Assembly: GCF_000328665.1 (NCBI RefSeq)
Contig: NC_019977.1
Coordinates: 1,728,011 to 1,792,010 of the forward strand
Direction: 5' to 3'
Origin: Methanomethylovorans hollandica DSM 15978
Lineage (GTDB): Archaea > Halobacteriota > Methanosarcinia > Methanosarcinales > Methanosarcinaceae
DNA: 64,000 nucleotides
The translations under genes were made by a program, and so were the position numbers. The first letter of the stretch is position 1, and every line of letters begins with the position of its first letter. Positions 20,071 to 30,092 of the stretch are shown piece by piece. Below the pieces are notes generated by a model. The model worked only from the letters and a program-made list of their open reading frames with translations. It did no database searches and was not told the origin of the DNA.

Positions 20071-21399
20071 TTAGCAGAGGCTAAGGATTCTGGCACGTAA
20101 ATATTTTACAGTATTCTCATGATCTGTCATGAGCGGATATGGATTCCATGTATGCAGGAATGTTGCACAGAGCTGCATACAACTATCATCGAATCCTTTT
20201 TGGTCTTTTCCTTCTAATGCTATTGAAAGGATATTATGGTAAAGTTTGAAATCGTCTTTATCTGCCACAGCAGAGTGCATTTCAGCAAGAGCATTGCTAT
20301 CATAGATGTGAGAATTGAAACTTTCGGATAAATAGGCCAGTGACTCATCCAGTATGCTGAAAAGACTGAAGTATTTGTTAAGAACAAAAAGGTTCTCTTG
20401 CATCTGAGACATCTCTGGAAGAACAAGGAGCAATGCCTGAAGAGCATCCATGACTGCATCCCTTATGGCTGCTTCAAGCTCATGGTCTTTTCCCAAAAAG
20501 AAAAGAGACCTATCATCTTCAGTAAGAGGAAAAAGCACTACATCAATGAGTTCCAGATATAAAGATGCCAGTTCCTCAGGCTGCATGTAATTGCCCTGCA
20601 GGAAATACCAGTTCCTTATCACAGGTAAGAAGTATTTCTCATGGTTGAGGAAATGTGTGAACTCATGCTGTGCATAAGAACAGAGATCATCCCAGCTATC
20701 CTTTCCCATAAGTACAAGTCGAATACTCTTATGTGAATCATAATATAGTCCATCAGCAGGATACAGCTTGTCAAAGTCCTCATCTATCTGTTGTAACCTG
20801 AAGGAATCGAATCTTTGAAGTCCTTCAAGTAATCCTATCTCGTCCTTCGTACATTTGCCAGCCAGTTTCTTTAGAATAAGATTTCCCATTAGAAGTGGCT
20901 TCAGTTCCCCAATACAGGAAATATCCCGTTGCAACTGAAGAAGTTTTTCTTTGTATACCACATGCTCATCCTCTGCAAGCCTCTGTACTTCAAGCCGGAC
21001 CTGCAGCAGAAAATCTTCATGGGTCCATCGTCGATATTGTGCTAAAAGGTCCGATATCATTTCATCCAGAAGCATAGTAACCTCTGAGTTAGCAATATCG
21101 AAGGTTGCAGCCCGTATAATTAATATAGGTCGCATCTTTGCGTCTTGAAGCTGCAACTGCTTCCTGAAATCCAGTTCATTTCTCTGTAAGAGCATATATT
21201 CGCGATATTCATGAGCGTAATATGTGAAGGGTGTAGCATTACTAAAAAAAGTAGCTGTTCTGTTAAGTGCCAAAACTATTGTGTTAATAGAGCGCCGACA
21301 TAAAGAAACCGTCTTCCGCCGTGCATCAGCTTTGGGAACATGAGCCTTTTTGCTGCCCATCCCAAAGAGCCTCTGCAGCATATGCACCCTGATTATCAC
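20071..21399 (-). CDS. Hypothetical protein with HExxH (HEFTH) zincin-like motif
   Basis: 442-aa ORF; GLYY...YAQHEFTHFLN; family not recognised. Confidence 0.6.
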   Translation of the reverse strand: MIIRVHMLQRLFGMGSKKAHVPKADARRKTVSLCRRSINTIVLALNRTATFFSNATPFTYYAHEYREYMLLQRNELDFRKQLQLQDAKMRPILIIRAATFDIANSEVTMLLDEMISDLLAQYRRWTHEDFLLQVRLEVQRLAEDEHVVYKEKLLQLQRDISCIGELKPLLMGNLILKKLAGKCTKDEIGLLEGLQRFDSFRLQQIDEDFDKLYPADGLYYDSHKSIRLVLMGKDSWDDLCSYAQHEFTHFLNHEKYFLPVIRNWYFLQGNYMQPEELASLYLELIDVVLFPLTEDDRSLFFLGKDHELEAAIRDAVMDALQALLLVLPEMSQMQENLFVLNKYFSLFSILDESLAYLSESFNSHIYDSNALAEMHSAVADKDDFKLYHNILSIALEGKDQKGFDDSCMQLCATFLHTWNPYPLMTDHENTVKYLRARILSLC

Positions 21400-21458
21400 C
21401 TTCCATGCTGAAATTATTGATCAGAAACAGATGATCAGCAGTGAATCAAATATAAGCC

Positions 21459-22181
21459 TCAATTCTTAGTTTTCTTTTTTTCCAGTGTTTTGTTGAATGT
21501 TTCCCTGCCGGAGAGCTCTCCCATCGTGTAGAACGTCTGCACCTCGGCTCCGAAATTACCGATGATATCCTCCATACGCCTGAAACTCTCTTTAATCTTT
21601 TCCGCAGTCATACCATGGTCAACAGATGTATCTGTTTCAAAAAATGCGGCTACTATACCATCTATCATACCCTTCGGATGCCATTCATGCGGAGCTTTGG
21701 GAAGCGTGGCCGTAGATTGCTGATACAGAGCAAGTGCATCATTTAACAGGCCTTCTCCAAAAAGGCACAGGAGCATTCCTGATATTGCCTGCAGGTCCGA
21801 TGGGTTGTCTTCCCGCAGTTTGCGGTAGATCACAGCGGCATCTGCAAAGCTTCCATTTATGGCAAGTATCATTGCCTTGGCATGCAGTGCCTGAAGATCG
21901 GCTGGTGAGAGCTTCAGAACCTTATCCAGATATTGGAGCGCTTCCTTATATCTTCCCACAAGCTCCATGATCATGCCCATTTGCATTGATCTTATCTTTT
22001 CATCACTGATCTGCAACAGTACAGCTTCAGCAAAACCTATGCCCCTTTCAGTGAACCCCGTTTGATGGTACGCAATCACCACGCGCACCATTCCCTCAAG
22101 GGAGGGAACTTGCCTGAATTTTTCCTTCAGGCTTTCAATATTATCAGCAATACTCTGCTTTTGATCCATAATATCCACCAT
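21459..22181 (-). CDS. Tetratricopeptide-repeat protein
   Basis: GRYKEALQYLDKVLKLSP, GSFADAAVIYRKLREDNP repeats. Confidence 0.75.
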   Translation of the reverse strand: MVDIMDQKQSIADNIESLKEKFRQVPSLEGMVRVVIAYHQTGFTERGIGFAEAVLLQISDEKIRSMQMGMIMELVGRYKEALQYLDKVLKLSPADLQALHAKAMILAINGSFADAAVIYRKLREDNPSDLQAISGMLLCLFGEGLLNDALALYQQSTATLPKAPHEWHPKGMIDGIVAAFFETDTSVDHGMTAEKIKESFRRMEDIIGNFGAEVQTFYTMGELSGRETFNKTLEKKKTKN

Positions 22182-22214
22182 TGATACATGTGCATGATAG
22201 AAACTAAAACCTTT

Positions 22215-22868
22215 CTAATTACCTGAAAGGATCAGCTTTTTAAAATATTCGTACAAAGCAGGATGGTCATGTAACACAAGGTCAGCCAGGCTCAATCTTG
22301 AAGGAGGCACATATGTAGGTAGGCCCACACAGAAAAGTCCTGCCTTTTTGGCAGATTCCACACCCATAGGTGCGTTTTCCACTACTATACATTCGTCTTT
22401 CCTTACGCCAAGCAATTCCACTGCTTTAAGATAGGGGTCAGGATATGGTTTGCCATAATGGACGTCTTCACCACATACAAAGGTATCGAAAACATCCGGG
22501 AAGAAGTCTTCCATGATGGAGTTGACCGTATATCTATCGGAACCTGTAACCACAGCAAGGGAATAATGCCGTTTGAGATCGCTGAGACACTCGGCTATAC
22601 CTGCAAAAGGTGTGATACTTGCATTTGCACTGAAGAATTCCACTTTCTTGCGCTTGATCTCTTCATATAAATGGGGCTCTACCTGCCTGCCGGCTTTTTC
22701 GAATAGCCACTGTATACCCAGTATGTGGTTCGCACCTTCTATCTCATAGATATCTTCCCTGGATACATCGGCACCCACTTCTTTTGAAACCGCTATCCAG
22801 GCATCAGCATGGGAAGGCATGGAGTCCACCAGCACCCCATCCATATCAAAAATGATGGATCTGAGCAT
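22215..22868 (-). CDS. HAD-superfamily phosphatase (beta-PGM-like)
   Basis: FDMDGVLVDS, VTGS, KPYPDPY, VENAPMG. Confidence 0.9.
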   Translation of the reverse strand: MLRSIIFDMDGVLVDSMPSHADAWIAVSKEVGADVSREDIYEIEGANHILGIQWLFEKAGRQVEPHLYEEIKRKKVEFFSANASITPFAGIAECLSDLKRHYSLAVVTGSDRYTVNSIMEDFFPDVFDTFVCGEDVHYGKPYPDPYLKAVELLGVRKDECIVVENAPMGVESAKKAGLFCVGLPTYVPPSRLSLADLVLHDHPALYEYFKKLILSGN

Positions 22869-23027
22869 GTTGACAGAACCTGCTTCAACACGGATAAAAC
22901 TTGTGTACGGACTTAGAGGATCTCCAAAAGCACGCGTATCCAATATTCCATTTATCGATACCAGTAATTATAAACCATAATCCTACATTAATTAGTACAA
23001 CAACGAATCAAATATGGGTTTGGTGCT

Positions 23028-23858
23028 ATGCTTAAAAAATGCAGTCTGTCAGAGGAATTACCTGTTGAAGAGTATCTTATTGAGAAGGAGCCATATTATG
23101 TGCCTGTGGGAAATGAAATAGAGATCTTCATGTCAGCCTACCGGAATAAGTTGCCAGTTAACCTTAAAGGTCCTACTGGTTCAGGAAAAACCCGTTTTAT
23201 GGAATTCATGGCCTACAAACTAAAGCGTCCCCTGGTAACCGTAGCCTGTCATGAAGATTTGACAGCTACTGATCTTGTGGGAAGGTTCCTGATAAAAGGC
23301 GATTCCGTTGAGTGGAGCGATGGCCCTCTTACAAAAGCTGTCAGACATGGTGCCATCTGTTATCTTGACGAGGTCGTGGAAGCCCGTAAGGATACGATAG
23401 TTGTTATCCACCCTCTTACTGATGACCGCCGTATCATGCCCATAGATAAACTGGGTGTGATCCTCAAAGCTCCTTCTGAATTCATGTTAAGTATCTCCTA
23501 TAATCCGGGTTATCAGAGCGTTGTAAAAGATCTCAAGCAAAGCACACGTCAAAGGTTCGTGGCTATAGATTTCGATTATCCCCCTGCAGAGCTTGAAATG
23601 AAGATAGTTGCCCATGAAAGCGGAGTCAATGAGGAAATGGCTCGCTATCTTGTAGATATCGGTCACAGGATCAGGAACTTCAAACAACACGGCCTAGAAG
23701 AAGGTGTAAGCACCCGGCTACTCATCTATGCCGGGAAACTCATAAAAGATGGCATAGATCCAAAAGAAGCATGTCGTATAGCTATGGTTAGACCTATCAC
23801 TGATAACACCGACCTGCAAAAGAGCATTGATGAGATAATCTCCACCATCATGGAGTGA
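23028..23858 (+). CDS. CbbQ/NirQ/NorQ family AAA+ ATPase
   Basis: [62 protein letters not shown]. Confidence 0.95.
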   Translation: MLKKCSLSEELPVEEYLIEKEPYYVPVGNEIEIFMSAYRNKLPVNLKGPTGSGKTRFMEFMAYKLKRPLVTVACHEDLTATDLVGRFLIKGDSVEWSDGPLTKAVRHGAICYLDEVVEARKDTIVVIHPLTDDRRIMPIDKLGVILKAPSEFMLSISYNPGYQSVVKDLKQSTRQRFVAIDFDYPPAELEMKIVAHESGVNEEMARYLVDIGHRIRNFKQHGLEEGVSTRLLIYAGKLIKDGIDPKEACRIAMVRPITDNTDLQKSIDEIISTIME

Positions 23859-23867
23859 GGGAGAGAA

Positions 23868-26800
23868 ATGCCAGAAGCAGGCGGAAAAACTCTTTCCCCG
23901 GAAGAACTTACTGATATTGTCAGATCATATTTCCCTAATCTAGACTCAGATGATTTTTCCTCTGTAGTGGAGCCTTTAAAGAAGATCTCTGTCCAGGATC
24001 TGAAGTTCATATTGAACTGTGGGAAATTTACATTCGTTAAAGGCCGCAGAGTTATTAGATCTTATCTGAAGGCAGCACCTCAGGTGTACCGTTTGCTTCC
24101 TCAAGATGGCTTTAGAAACTGGATCCTGCTCGCACAAAAAGCATCATTTTTGAGTATTTCGTGTATCGAAGGTTTCTTTGATGCGTCGGGTATGATCACT
24201 GAAAAGGGTGGTCTGCCTCTTTTGCACCGGTGGACAGAACTGGGAATCTCCATAGCAGGTCGGGACAAAGGGCTTGCTATATCGTATTTTACCAATACTG
24301 CCAAAGTTGTGTCATCCAGACCTTTTGAACATTTTGAAGAACTGGTATCTATTGGAAGCAATTTCTCAGATTCCAATATAAGAGTATCTGAGGCATATTT
24401 CAAACATCTGGCCGACCTTTTATCTCTGATGTCCACTGATGAATTTCATAAATTTGTGGATATAATTGAAAATATCAGAGAAAAGGACTGGAGGACCGTA
24501 ATAGAGATAATGAACAGTTCCAGAGAAACATTCAGCCCCATTGAACCGCATCGAAGGTATTTGATACTCAATGCACTCAATTCCATTCTCAGGTTCGGTG
24601 CACCCCTGATCCCTGCACTGTTCAACCGCTCACCTCGTACTATGGCCAACCTGGATGACAAAGACTTCAAAAAATGGTTCTCTGCGGCAGAGAAAATAGC
24701 TGAGCTCAATACTGATATGGCTACATCCTTTGTGAATAGGAGTCCGAACATCCTTGGTTTTACAGATGTTGACGAAGTAAAGGAGTGGACAGATAGAAGC
24801 ATAGTTCTTTTATCCAGGGACAGGCAGGCTGCAAAGGCATTCATGGAATATAGTTTCAAGGGTCTTGAAAAACATATGAAAAACACAGACCACGAAAAAA
24901 GAGCATTTATATTAGATGTGGGTGCTGAGCTTGCTCTGGTGAATCCGGAATGTGTAGAAAATTTCTTCAAATATGCTCCGGAAGTGCTGCATCTCTTTAC
25001 TCATCAGAATTTCAGGGAATGGCTGACCATTGGAAAAGCGATAGCAAAGCAAAGTTCCAATCTTGGTGCAGGTTATTGCAGACATTCAACGCTTGCTTTT
25101 AAAATGATTCCTCCTGCTTACCATGGAGAAATATTTTCCACAGCCCGCATATTGCTGGAAGTAGATTGGCTGCTTGCAGGAATTTTCTTTGAAAGTCTTC
25201 CGGAAGTAGTGGAAAAGATAGACCCTGCACAGATCAGAAAATGGGCAGGTATCGGCCTGAAGGTACACGAAAAAGATAAAAAGATAGCAGTTGATTACTT
25301 TGCTTTCTCTCCGCCCCTGCTGGCAGATCTGGACGTAAGGGAACTTGAAGAGTGGGCACTCAAAGGTATCAGTGTTTTTGAAGAAAGTCCCATAAAGGGC
25401 AGGCCTTATTTTTCCCTTAAGTCAAAAAGTTCGACGGATACCATCGAAGATCTTAAAGGCGGTATAGCCCTGAAAAAGGTGGTGAATATACTCAAGTACT
25501 ATGCAATTGGCCTTTCAGGTGTAGACTTCAGCATCCGGTCAAAGCATGTCCTGCCGTTGGCAGAAGGTCTTGATTTCATGAATCCCATAATTGCAGGTAA
25601 TGTCATCTATCTGGAACCCAAGATCAAGAAATATAGTGATGTTGAGGATAATTTCAATATATATAAGCTAAGCGTGATGCATGAAGTGGGACATGTGCAA
25701 TTCAGCACCACTGAAGTATCTGTTGAAAAAGCATATTCTATACTGAAAAAAATGGGATTTGAGTTTAGCAGCGCTGTGGAAACAGTGAGCATAACCAGTC
25801 TTTTTTCTGCATTTCAAGATCATCTTCTGGCCATTGATCTTATGGGTATCATAGAGGATGCAAGAATAGAATATATGATATTTACTTCCTACAGAGGACT
25901 GCGGGAGAATTTCAGACATATCAGAACTCAGCTTTTACAGGCAAGACCTATCCCGGAAACTGAGATGGAGAGGTTTATGGAAGCGCTGATGTGGCTTTCC
26001 ACCGGAAATGAACCGTCCTTCCGGATGGAAGAAAAGATGAGGCAAGGTATAAACATTTGCAGAGATCTGCTCCATAAAGTACTTCATCCGGATTCCTCTA
26101 CTCTGGATTCCATGGAAGCAGTATTTGAGATCTATACTTTGCTCAAGGAGCTTTATGGTCCTCTGACTGATCTGCAATACACACCAATTAAAAATCTTGA
26201 GTACAGGGGTGTGGGCATTTCTGCTTTGACCGAGGACGAGCCTGCTTCTGCTGACCCGTACGAGCACATGCTTGCAAGGTTCGTGCCCCAATGTGAGGAA
26301 AGCAGGGAAGAGGAGAAAAAAGAAGAAAAACCGGATGAGATGTTCCAGGAACAAAACTATGCTATTCCAAATGACTGGAGTTTGCGCGGGAGCTTCATAT
26401 ACGATGAGTGGGACACTGTGATCAATGACTACAAGTCCGGCTGGTGTGTGGTAAAAGAAATAGAGCCTTCTGGTGACTCGGGAGAATATTTTGAAGATGC
26501 TATAAAACGCTATGGAAATGAGATAGCACTTATCCGGCGTATATTCAGCACAATGAAACCTGAGTCTTTCCACAAGTTAAAAGGGCAGACAGATGGCACG
26601 GAGATAGATATAGATGCGCTCATAGAAGCCCTCATGGAGAAAAGATGCGGTGCGGATCTGGATGATCGTTTTTATCTGAGATGGGATAAAAGAGAAAGAG
26701 ATGTGGCTACTCTTTTCCTTGTAGATGTAAGTGCCTCCACCTCCAAAAAACTGGACATAGGAGGTCAGAGTATAATAGATGTGGAAAAAGATTCTGTGAT

Positions 26801-27293
26801 AATAATGAGCCAGGCGCTTGAGAGTATTGGAGATAAATACGCCATCTACGCTTTCTCCGGACATACCCGCAATGATGTGGAATATTACATAATAAAAGAA
26901 TTCAATGAGGAACTTACCGATACTGTGGCCAACAGGATCAGTCTCCTGGAACCTGTAGCCAACACTCGTCTCGGACCTGTGATCAGACATTCCATCACAA
27001 AGTTGGAACAGGTACAGGCAAGTACGAAGATGATAGTGCTCCTCTCAGATGGAGAGCCCTATGACACCTGTCATGGAGAAGGAGCATATGAAGGACGCTT
27101 GGCAGAAGAGGATACAAGGGTAGCCATCCAGGAAGGACATGCCAGGAACATACATTTCTTCTGTATAACTGTAGATAAAGATCCGGGAAACTATCTGGAC
27201 ACTATCTTCTCAAATGTAGGTTACACGATAATAGACGATGCGCAGGTGCTTCCTGCAAGGCTTCCGGCATTATATAAGAGGCTCACTACGTAA
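23868..27293 (+). CDS. NorD/CbbO-like VWA adaptor with long N-terminal helical repeats
   Basis: MHEVGH, EDARIE, YDEWD, DGTEIDID, MIDAS DVSAST, TRLGPVIRH, LSDGEPYD. Confidence 0.9.
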   Translation: MPEAGGKTLSPEELTDIVRSYFPNLDSDDFSSVVEPLKKISVQDLKFILNCGKFTFVKGRRVIRSYLKAAPQVYRLLPQDGFRNWILLAQKASFLSISCIEGFFDASGMITEKGGLPLLHRWTELGISIAGRDKGLAISYFTNTAKVVSSRPFEHFEELVSIGSNFSDSNIRVSEAYFKHLADLLSLMSTDEFHKFVDIIENIREKDWRTVIEIMNSSRETFSPIEPHRRYLILNALNSILRFGAPLIPALFNRSPRTMANLDDKDFKKWFSAAEKIAELNTDMATSFVNRSPNILGFTDVDEVKEWTDRSIVLLSRDRQAAKAFMEYSFKGLEKHMKNTDHEKRAFILDVGAELALVNPECVENFFKYAPEVLHLFTHQNFREWLTIGKAIAKQSSNLGAGYCRHSTLAFKMIPPAYHGEIFSTARILLEVDWLLAGIFFESLPEVVEKIDPAQIRKWAGIGLKVHEKDKKIAVDYFAFSPPLLADLDVRELEEWALKGISVFEESPIKGRPYFSLKSKSSTDTIEDLKGGIALKKVVNILKYYAIGLSGVDFSIRSKHVLPLAEGLDFMNPIIAGNVIYLEPKIKKYSDVEDNFNIYKLSVMHEVGHVQFSTTEVSVEKAYSILKKMGFEFSSAVETVSITSLFSAFQDHLLAIDLMGIIEDARIEYMIFTSYRGLRENFRHIRTQLLQARPIPETEMERFMEALMWLSTGNEPSFRMEEKMRQGINICRDLLHKVLHPDSSTLDSMEAVFEIYTLLKELYGPLTDLQYTPIKNLEYRGVGISALTEDEPASADPYEHMLARFVPQCEESREEEKKEEKPDEMFQEQNYAIPNDWSLRGSFIYDEWDTVINDYKSGWCVVKEIEPSGDSGEYFEDAIKRYGNEIALIRRIFSTMKPESFHKLKGQTDGTEIDIDALIEALMEKRCGADLDDRFYLRWDKRERDVATLFLVDVSASTSKKLDIGGQSIIDVEKDSVIIMSQALESIGDKYAIYAFSGHTRNDVEYYIIKEFNEELTDTVANRISLLEPVANTRLGPVIRHSITKLEQVQASTKMIVLLSDGEPYDTCHGEGAYEGRLAEEDTRVAIQEGHARNIHFFCITVDKDPGNYLDTIFSNVGYTIIDDAQVLPARLPALYKRLTT

Positions 27294-27922
27294 GCATAAA
27301 CTAGCATCGAGTTCATCAATTTTTTCTAAGAAACAAATATAAAGTAGTTCAGGTAAGCCTGTCTGCAGGTACATTCCTTTGACAGTATGTGTAATCTTCG
27401 GCACCCTCTTGTTCCATTACTTGTACCAGACAAATTACATTGTCGTATGCTTTGGAGGTTTCCTGTAAACTGAAAGTTGCTGCAAATGTGTGCAGCAGTT
27501 TAAGAGTATCAAGGAGTTCTGAGGATTCTATGAGAACCATGGATCTATCACCATTGCATTATAATTTGGGGTTATCCTGCTTCTGTCAGCCTATAGCGAT
27601 CCAAGGAAGCAGGAGGATATACCGACCCTCCTTTTACTATGGATACAGGCACCCAGCTAGGATGTCTAAGTAGTGAATCAAATAACACTATGATATATAA
27701 CAAAACCTTGCAATAATTTGCAATACCTATGATACTCTTCAGCCCATATATGATATTAAGACCTGAATGTAATTTTACAATGAGGTGTGAACTCTGTATA
27801 TAAGACGTGAGATTATGTTAATGATGATCTGATAAAAGGGATAACTATCATCAGATTAATTTTTAAGCAAAGGTGTGCTTATTAGTGATATACAAGAATG
27901 AAATATATATAAGGAGTACAAT

Positions 27923-28216
27923 ATGATCGGCTACCTTGCAGGAACACTTACAACTCTTGCTTTTGCACCTCAACTTTTTAAAGCTTTGAAGACGAAGTCC
28001 ACAAAAGATATCTCATTATTGATGCTTTTGTGTTCTACAACAGGTATGACATTATGGTTGTACCATGGACTGCTGATCAAAGATATTGCTTTGATATCGG
28101 CAAACTCTATTTCTATAGCTCTGTCTTCAACTCTGCTTATGTATAAACTTAAGAAAGATTATCTGGAATTGAATAAAGACTCTGCATTGACCAATGATAC
28201 TACGATCCGAATGTAG
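27923..28216 (+). CDS. SemiSWEET / PQ-loop transporter
   Basis: IGYLAGTLTTLAFAPQ, STKDIS, LWLYHG, AN; 3 TM; AAGGAG RBS. Confidence 0.88.
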   Translation: MIGYLAGTLTTLAFAPQLFKALKTKSTKDISLLMLLCSTTGMTLWLYHGLLIKDIALISANSISIALSSTLLMYKLKKDYLELNKDSALTNDTTIRM

Positions 28217-28292
28217 AACAGGAACTTAAAAAATGAAGTGGCTGTACAGATAAATGTACATCACTTCCATTAAAATAAATCAATAAAAGTAT

Positions 28293-28583
28293 TTAGTATC
28301 TTCTTGGTGGTCTGTGCTTCTGGTAGCATTCCCTGCAGTATACAGGCCTGTCACCGGATGGCACGAATGGCACTTCCGTTTCCTGTCCGCAGTCAGCACA
28401 GGTTGCTTTATGCATCTCTCTTGGACCGCTTGGTCTGAATCCACCGCTTCCGCCGGATCTGAATCCGCCACTTCCGCCACTTCCGCCGGACCTAAATCCG
28501 CCACTTCCGCCACTTCCGCCTCTTGAACCGCCGCTTCCGCCAGACCTGAATCCGCCACTTCCGCCTCTTCTATCGTTGTTCAT
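28293..28583 (-). CDS. Gly-rich low-complexity protein with CxxC-x17-CxxC zinc finger
   Basis: MNNDRRGGSGGFRS... then PREMHKATCADCGQETEVPFVPSGDRPVYCRECY. Confidence 0.9.
   Translation of the reverse strand: MNNDRRGGSGGFRSGGSGGSRGGSGGSGGFRSGGSGGSGGFRSGGSGGFRPSGPREMHKATCADCGQETEVPFVPSGDRPVYCRECYQKHRPPRRY
28434..28566 (-). repeat. Coding tandem repeat (GGCGGAAGT-type units) encoding GGS/GGFRS
   Basis: Repeated CCGCCACTT / GAATCCGCC on the + strand. Confidence 0.85.
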
Positions 28584-29015
28584 ATTTGATGTCCTTTGTT
28601 GTTTTATTTTATTAGTTGTCTCATAATTTGAGACTGAGAATTTGTGTATGACTTGGTAGATCAGGTTTAAATCCTTGCTTTTGCAAAAACCACAAACCTG
28701 GGGATACACATTACTGTACGTCTTATAACACCTTTTAAAAAGGCATTGGAAACAGCGTCAGTTGAGACCGAATAATTTACCTTGATCAATACAACCCATT
28801 CTCTGCATTCAGTCAATTAACCTAAAAGAAGCAAACAGAAACGGTATTATCCTTTTCTTTACTCGCCAACTAAGCTAACTGCAATTGTCATACTGGCATT
28901 TTTAATATATATACTTTTTGCCGTCATGAAAAATCACAGCTTAACCCGGCATCATGCCTTAGCTGTCTATTAATCACCGATCGATTTAATCAGATTTTAT
29001 TTAATAATCTATTAG

Positions 29016-29390
29016 TTAATCATCTATTATTTGCAGCTCTCTTTCTTCTCCTTCGGAATTGAAACATTTCCAGCTTTGAAGATCAAAGGGGTATCCTGCG
29101 ATTATATGATAGTTCCCTGTCTTTCCAAACATCTGTATATCTGCATTGGATGGCCTGACAATTCCCCTGGGATGACTGTGCACGGAACCGACCGTAGAAA
29201 TATTAGGCATCATGAACAGATGCAGCAAGGCACTGCTTTCTCCTGATTCTGTTCCCGGCAGGATCAGCACTTCGCTAATAATACCGTCTTCCGCCTGAAG
29301 CAAACCGGCAAATTCATTAGGGTAAGATGATCTGCTGACCTCTAAGATAAATCTGAGGGTATTTCTTGCAATACCTTTTATTTTTTTCAT
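29016..29390 (-). CDS. JAMM/MPN+ metalloisopeptidase-family protein
   Basis: PNEFAG, GSVHSHP, PSNAD. Confidence 0.9.
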   Translation of the reverse strand: MKKIKGIARNTLRFILEVSRSSYPNEFAGLLQAEDGIISEVLILPGTESGESSALLHLFMMPNISTVGSVHSHPRGIVRPSNADIQMFGKTGNYHIIAGYPFDLQSWKCFNSEGEERELQIIDD

Positions 29391-29436
29391 GGAAAAAGAT
29401 GAAGAACTAAATGTATATAGTTATTTAGGGTAAACC

Positions 29437-29832
29437 TCATGCATGCAATGAAGCAACCATGGATCCCAAAAAGCTCCAGCCATAAAGTCCCACAAGGATA
29501 TTATTTACGGTAAGCACAATGCCAAGTATAGCTACTGAAGACTTGAGTCCTTCTTTTAAGTAGGGGACGACCTCATGTATGCAATTATTCAGCACGTAAA
29601 AGTTGATTACCAGCAAGACTACAAACAATAATTTAAGCAGTAACAAACCATATATCCCATTATTGGTTATAAAAGAACTAAGAAGTATATTGCCTTCCTG
29701 TCCGTTAGGCAGAGCATATGCAGTGCTCAGCCAATCACCTATTACATAGAAGAGAATAATGATGCGGATTTCCCAGAGAATACTTCTAAGGGATGAATTA
29801 GTCTGCATTATTGTACCACCTAGTTGCATCAA
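29437..29832 (-). CDS. DUF5658-like membrane protein
   Basis: FYVIGDWLST, QEGN, LLKL, VNN; 3-4 TM. Confidence 0.65.
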   Translation of the reverse strand: MMQLGGTIMQTNSSLRSILWEIRIIILFYVIGDWLSTAYALPNGQEGNILLSSFITNNGIYGLLLLKLLFVVLLVINFYVLNNCIHEVVPYLKEGLKSSVAILGIVLTVNNILVGLYGWSFLGSMVASLHA

Positions 29833-29975
29833 AGATTATTTTGGATAAATACTTATCTATATTTTACTGAATAATATAGAATACAAGACATATATATACC
29901 AGAATCAAAGAAAGAAAAAAAGAAGAATAAGAAAAAATAGGAGGAAATTAATTGAGAATTGTTATCACAGGAAAG

Positions 29976-30092
29976 TCAGATCACCCCGTGGTAATTGAAA
30001 AGTGAATAATACGCAAGCACTGCTATGGCCATTGTTATCAGCACCATGACGATCTGCGTCATTTCTGTTTCGTGTCCGTAATGTTCTATCAT
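29976..30092 (-). CDS. Putative 38-aa single-TM small protein MIEHYGHETEMTQIVMVLITMAIAVLAYYSLFNYHGVI
   Basis: Manual translation; clean TM helix; TTTAAATA TATA-like box upstream and T-rich tract downstream on the - strand. Confidence 0.5.
   Translation of the reverse strand: MIEHYGHETEMTQIVMVLITMAIAVLAYYSLFNYHGVI

Noticed and set aside
27349..27673. Short ORFs on both strands after the VWA gene
   Set aside because: No recognisable motifs; probably a remnant or spurious
28434..28566. Tandem repeats considered as CRISPR or VNTR element
   Set aside because: They are 9-nt coding units without unique spacers, and there are no cas genes
29016..29390. JAMM protein as part of a CBASS or ubiquitin-like defence system
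   Set aside because: Stand-alone, with no E1/E2, Ubl or cyclase neighbours; consistent with a housekeeping archaeal JAMM protein
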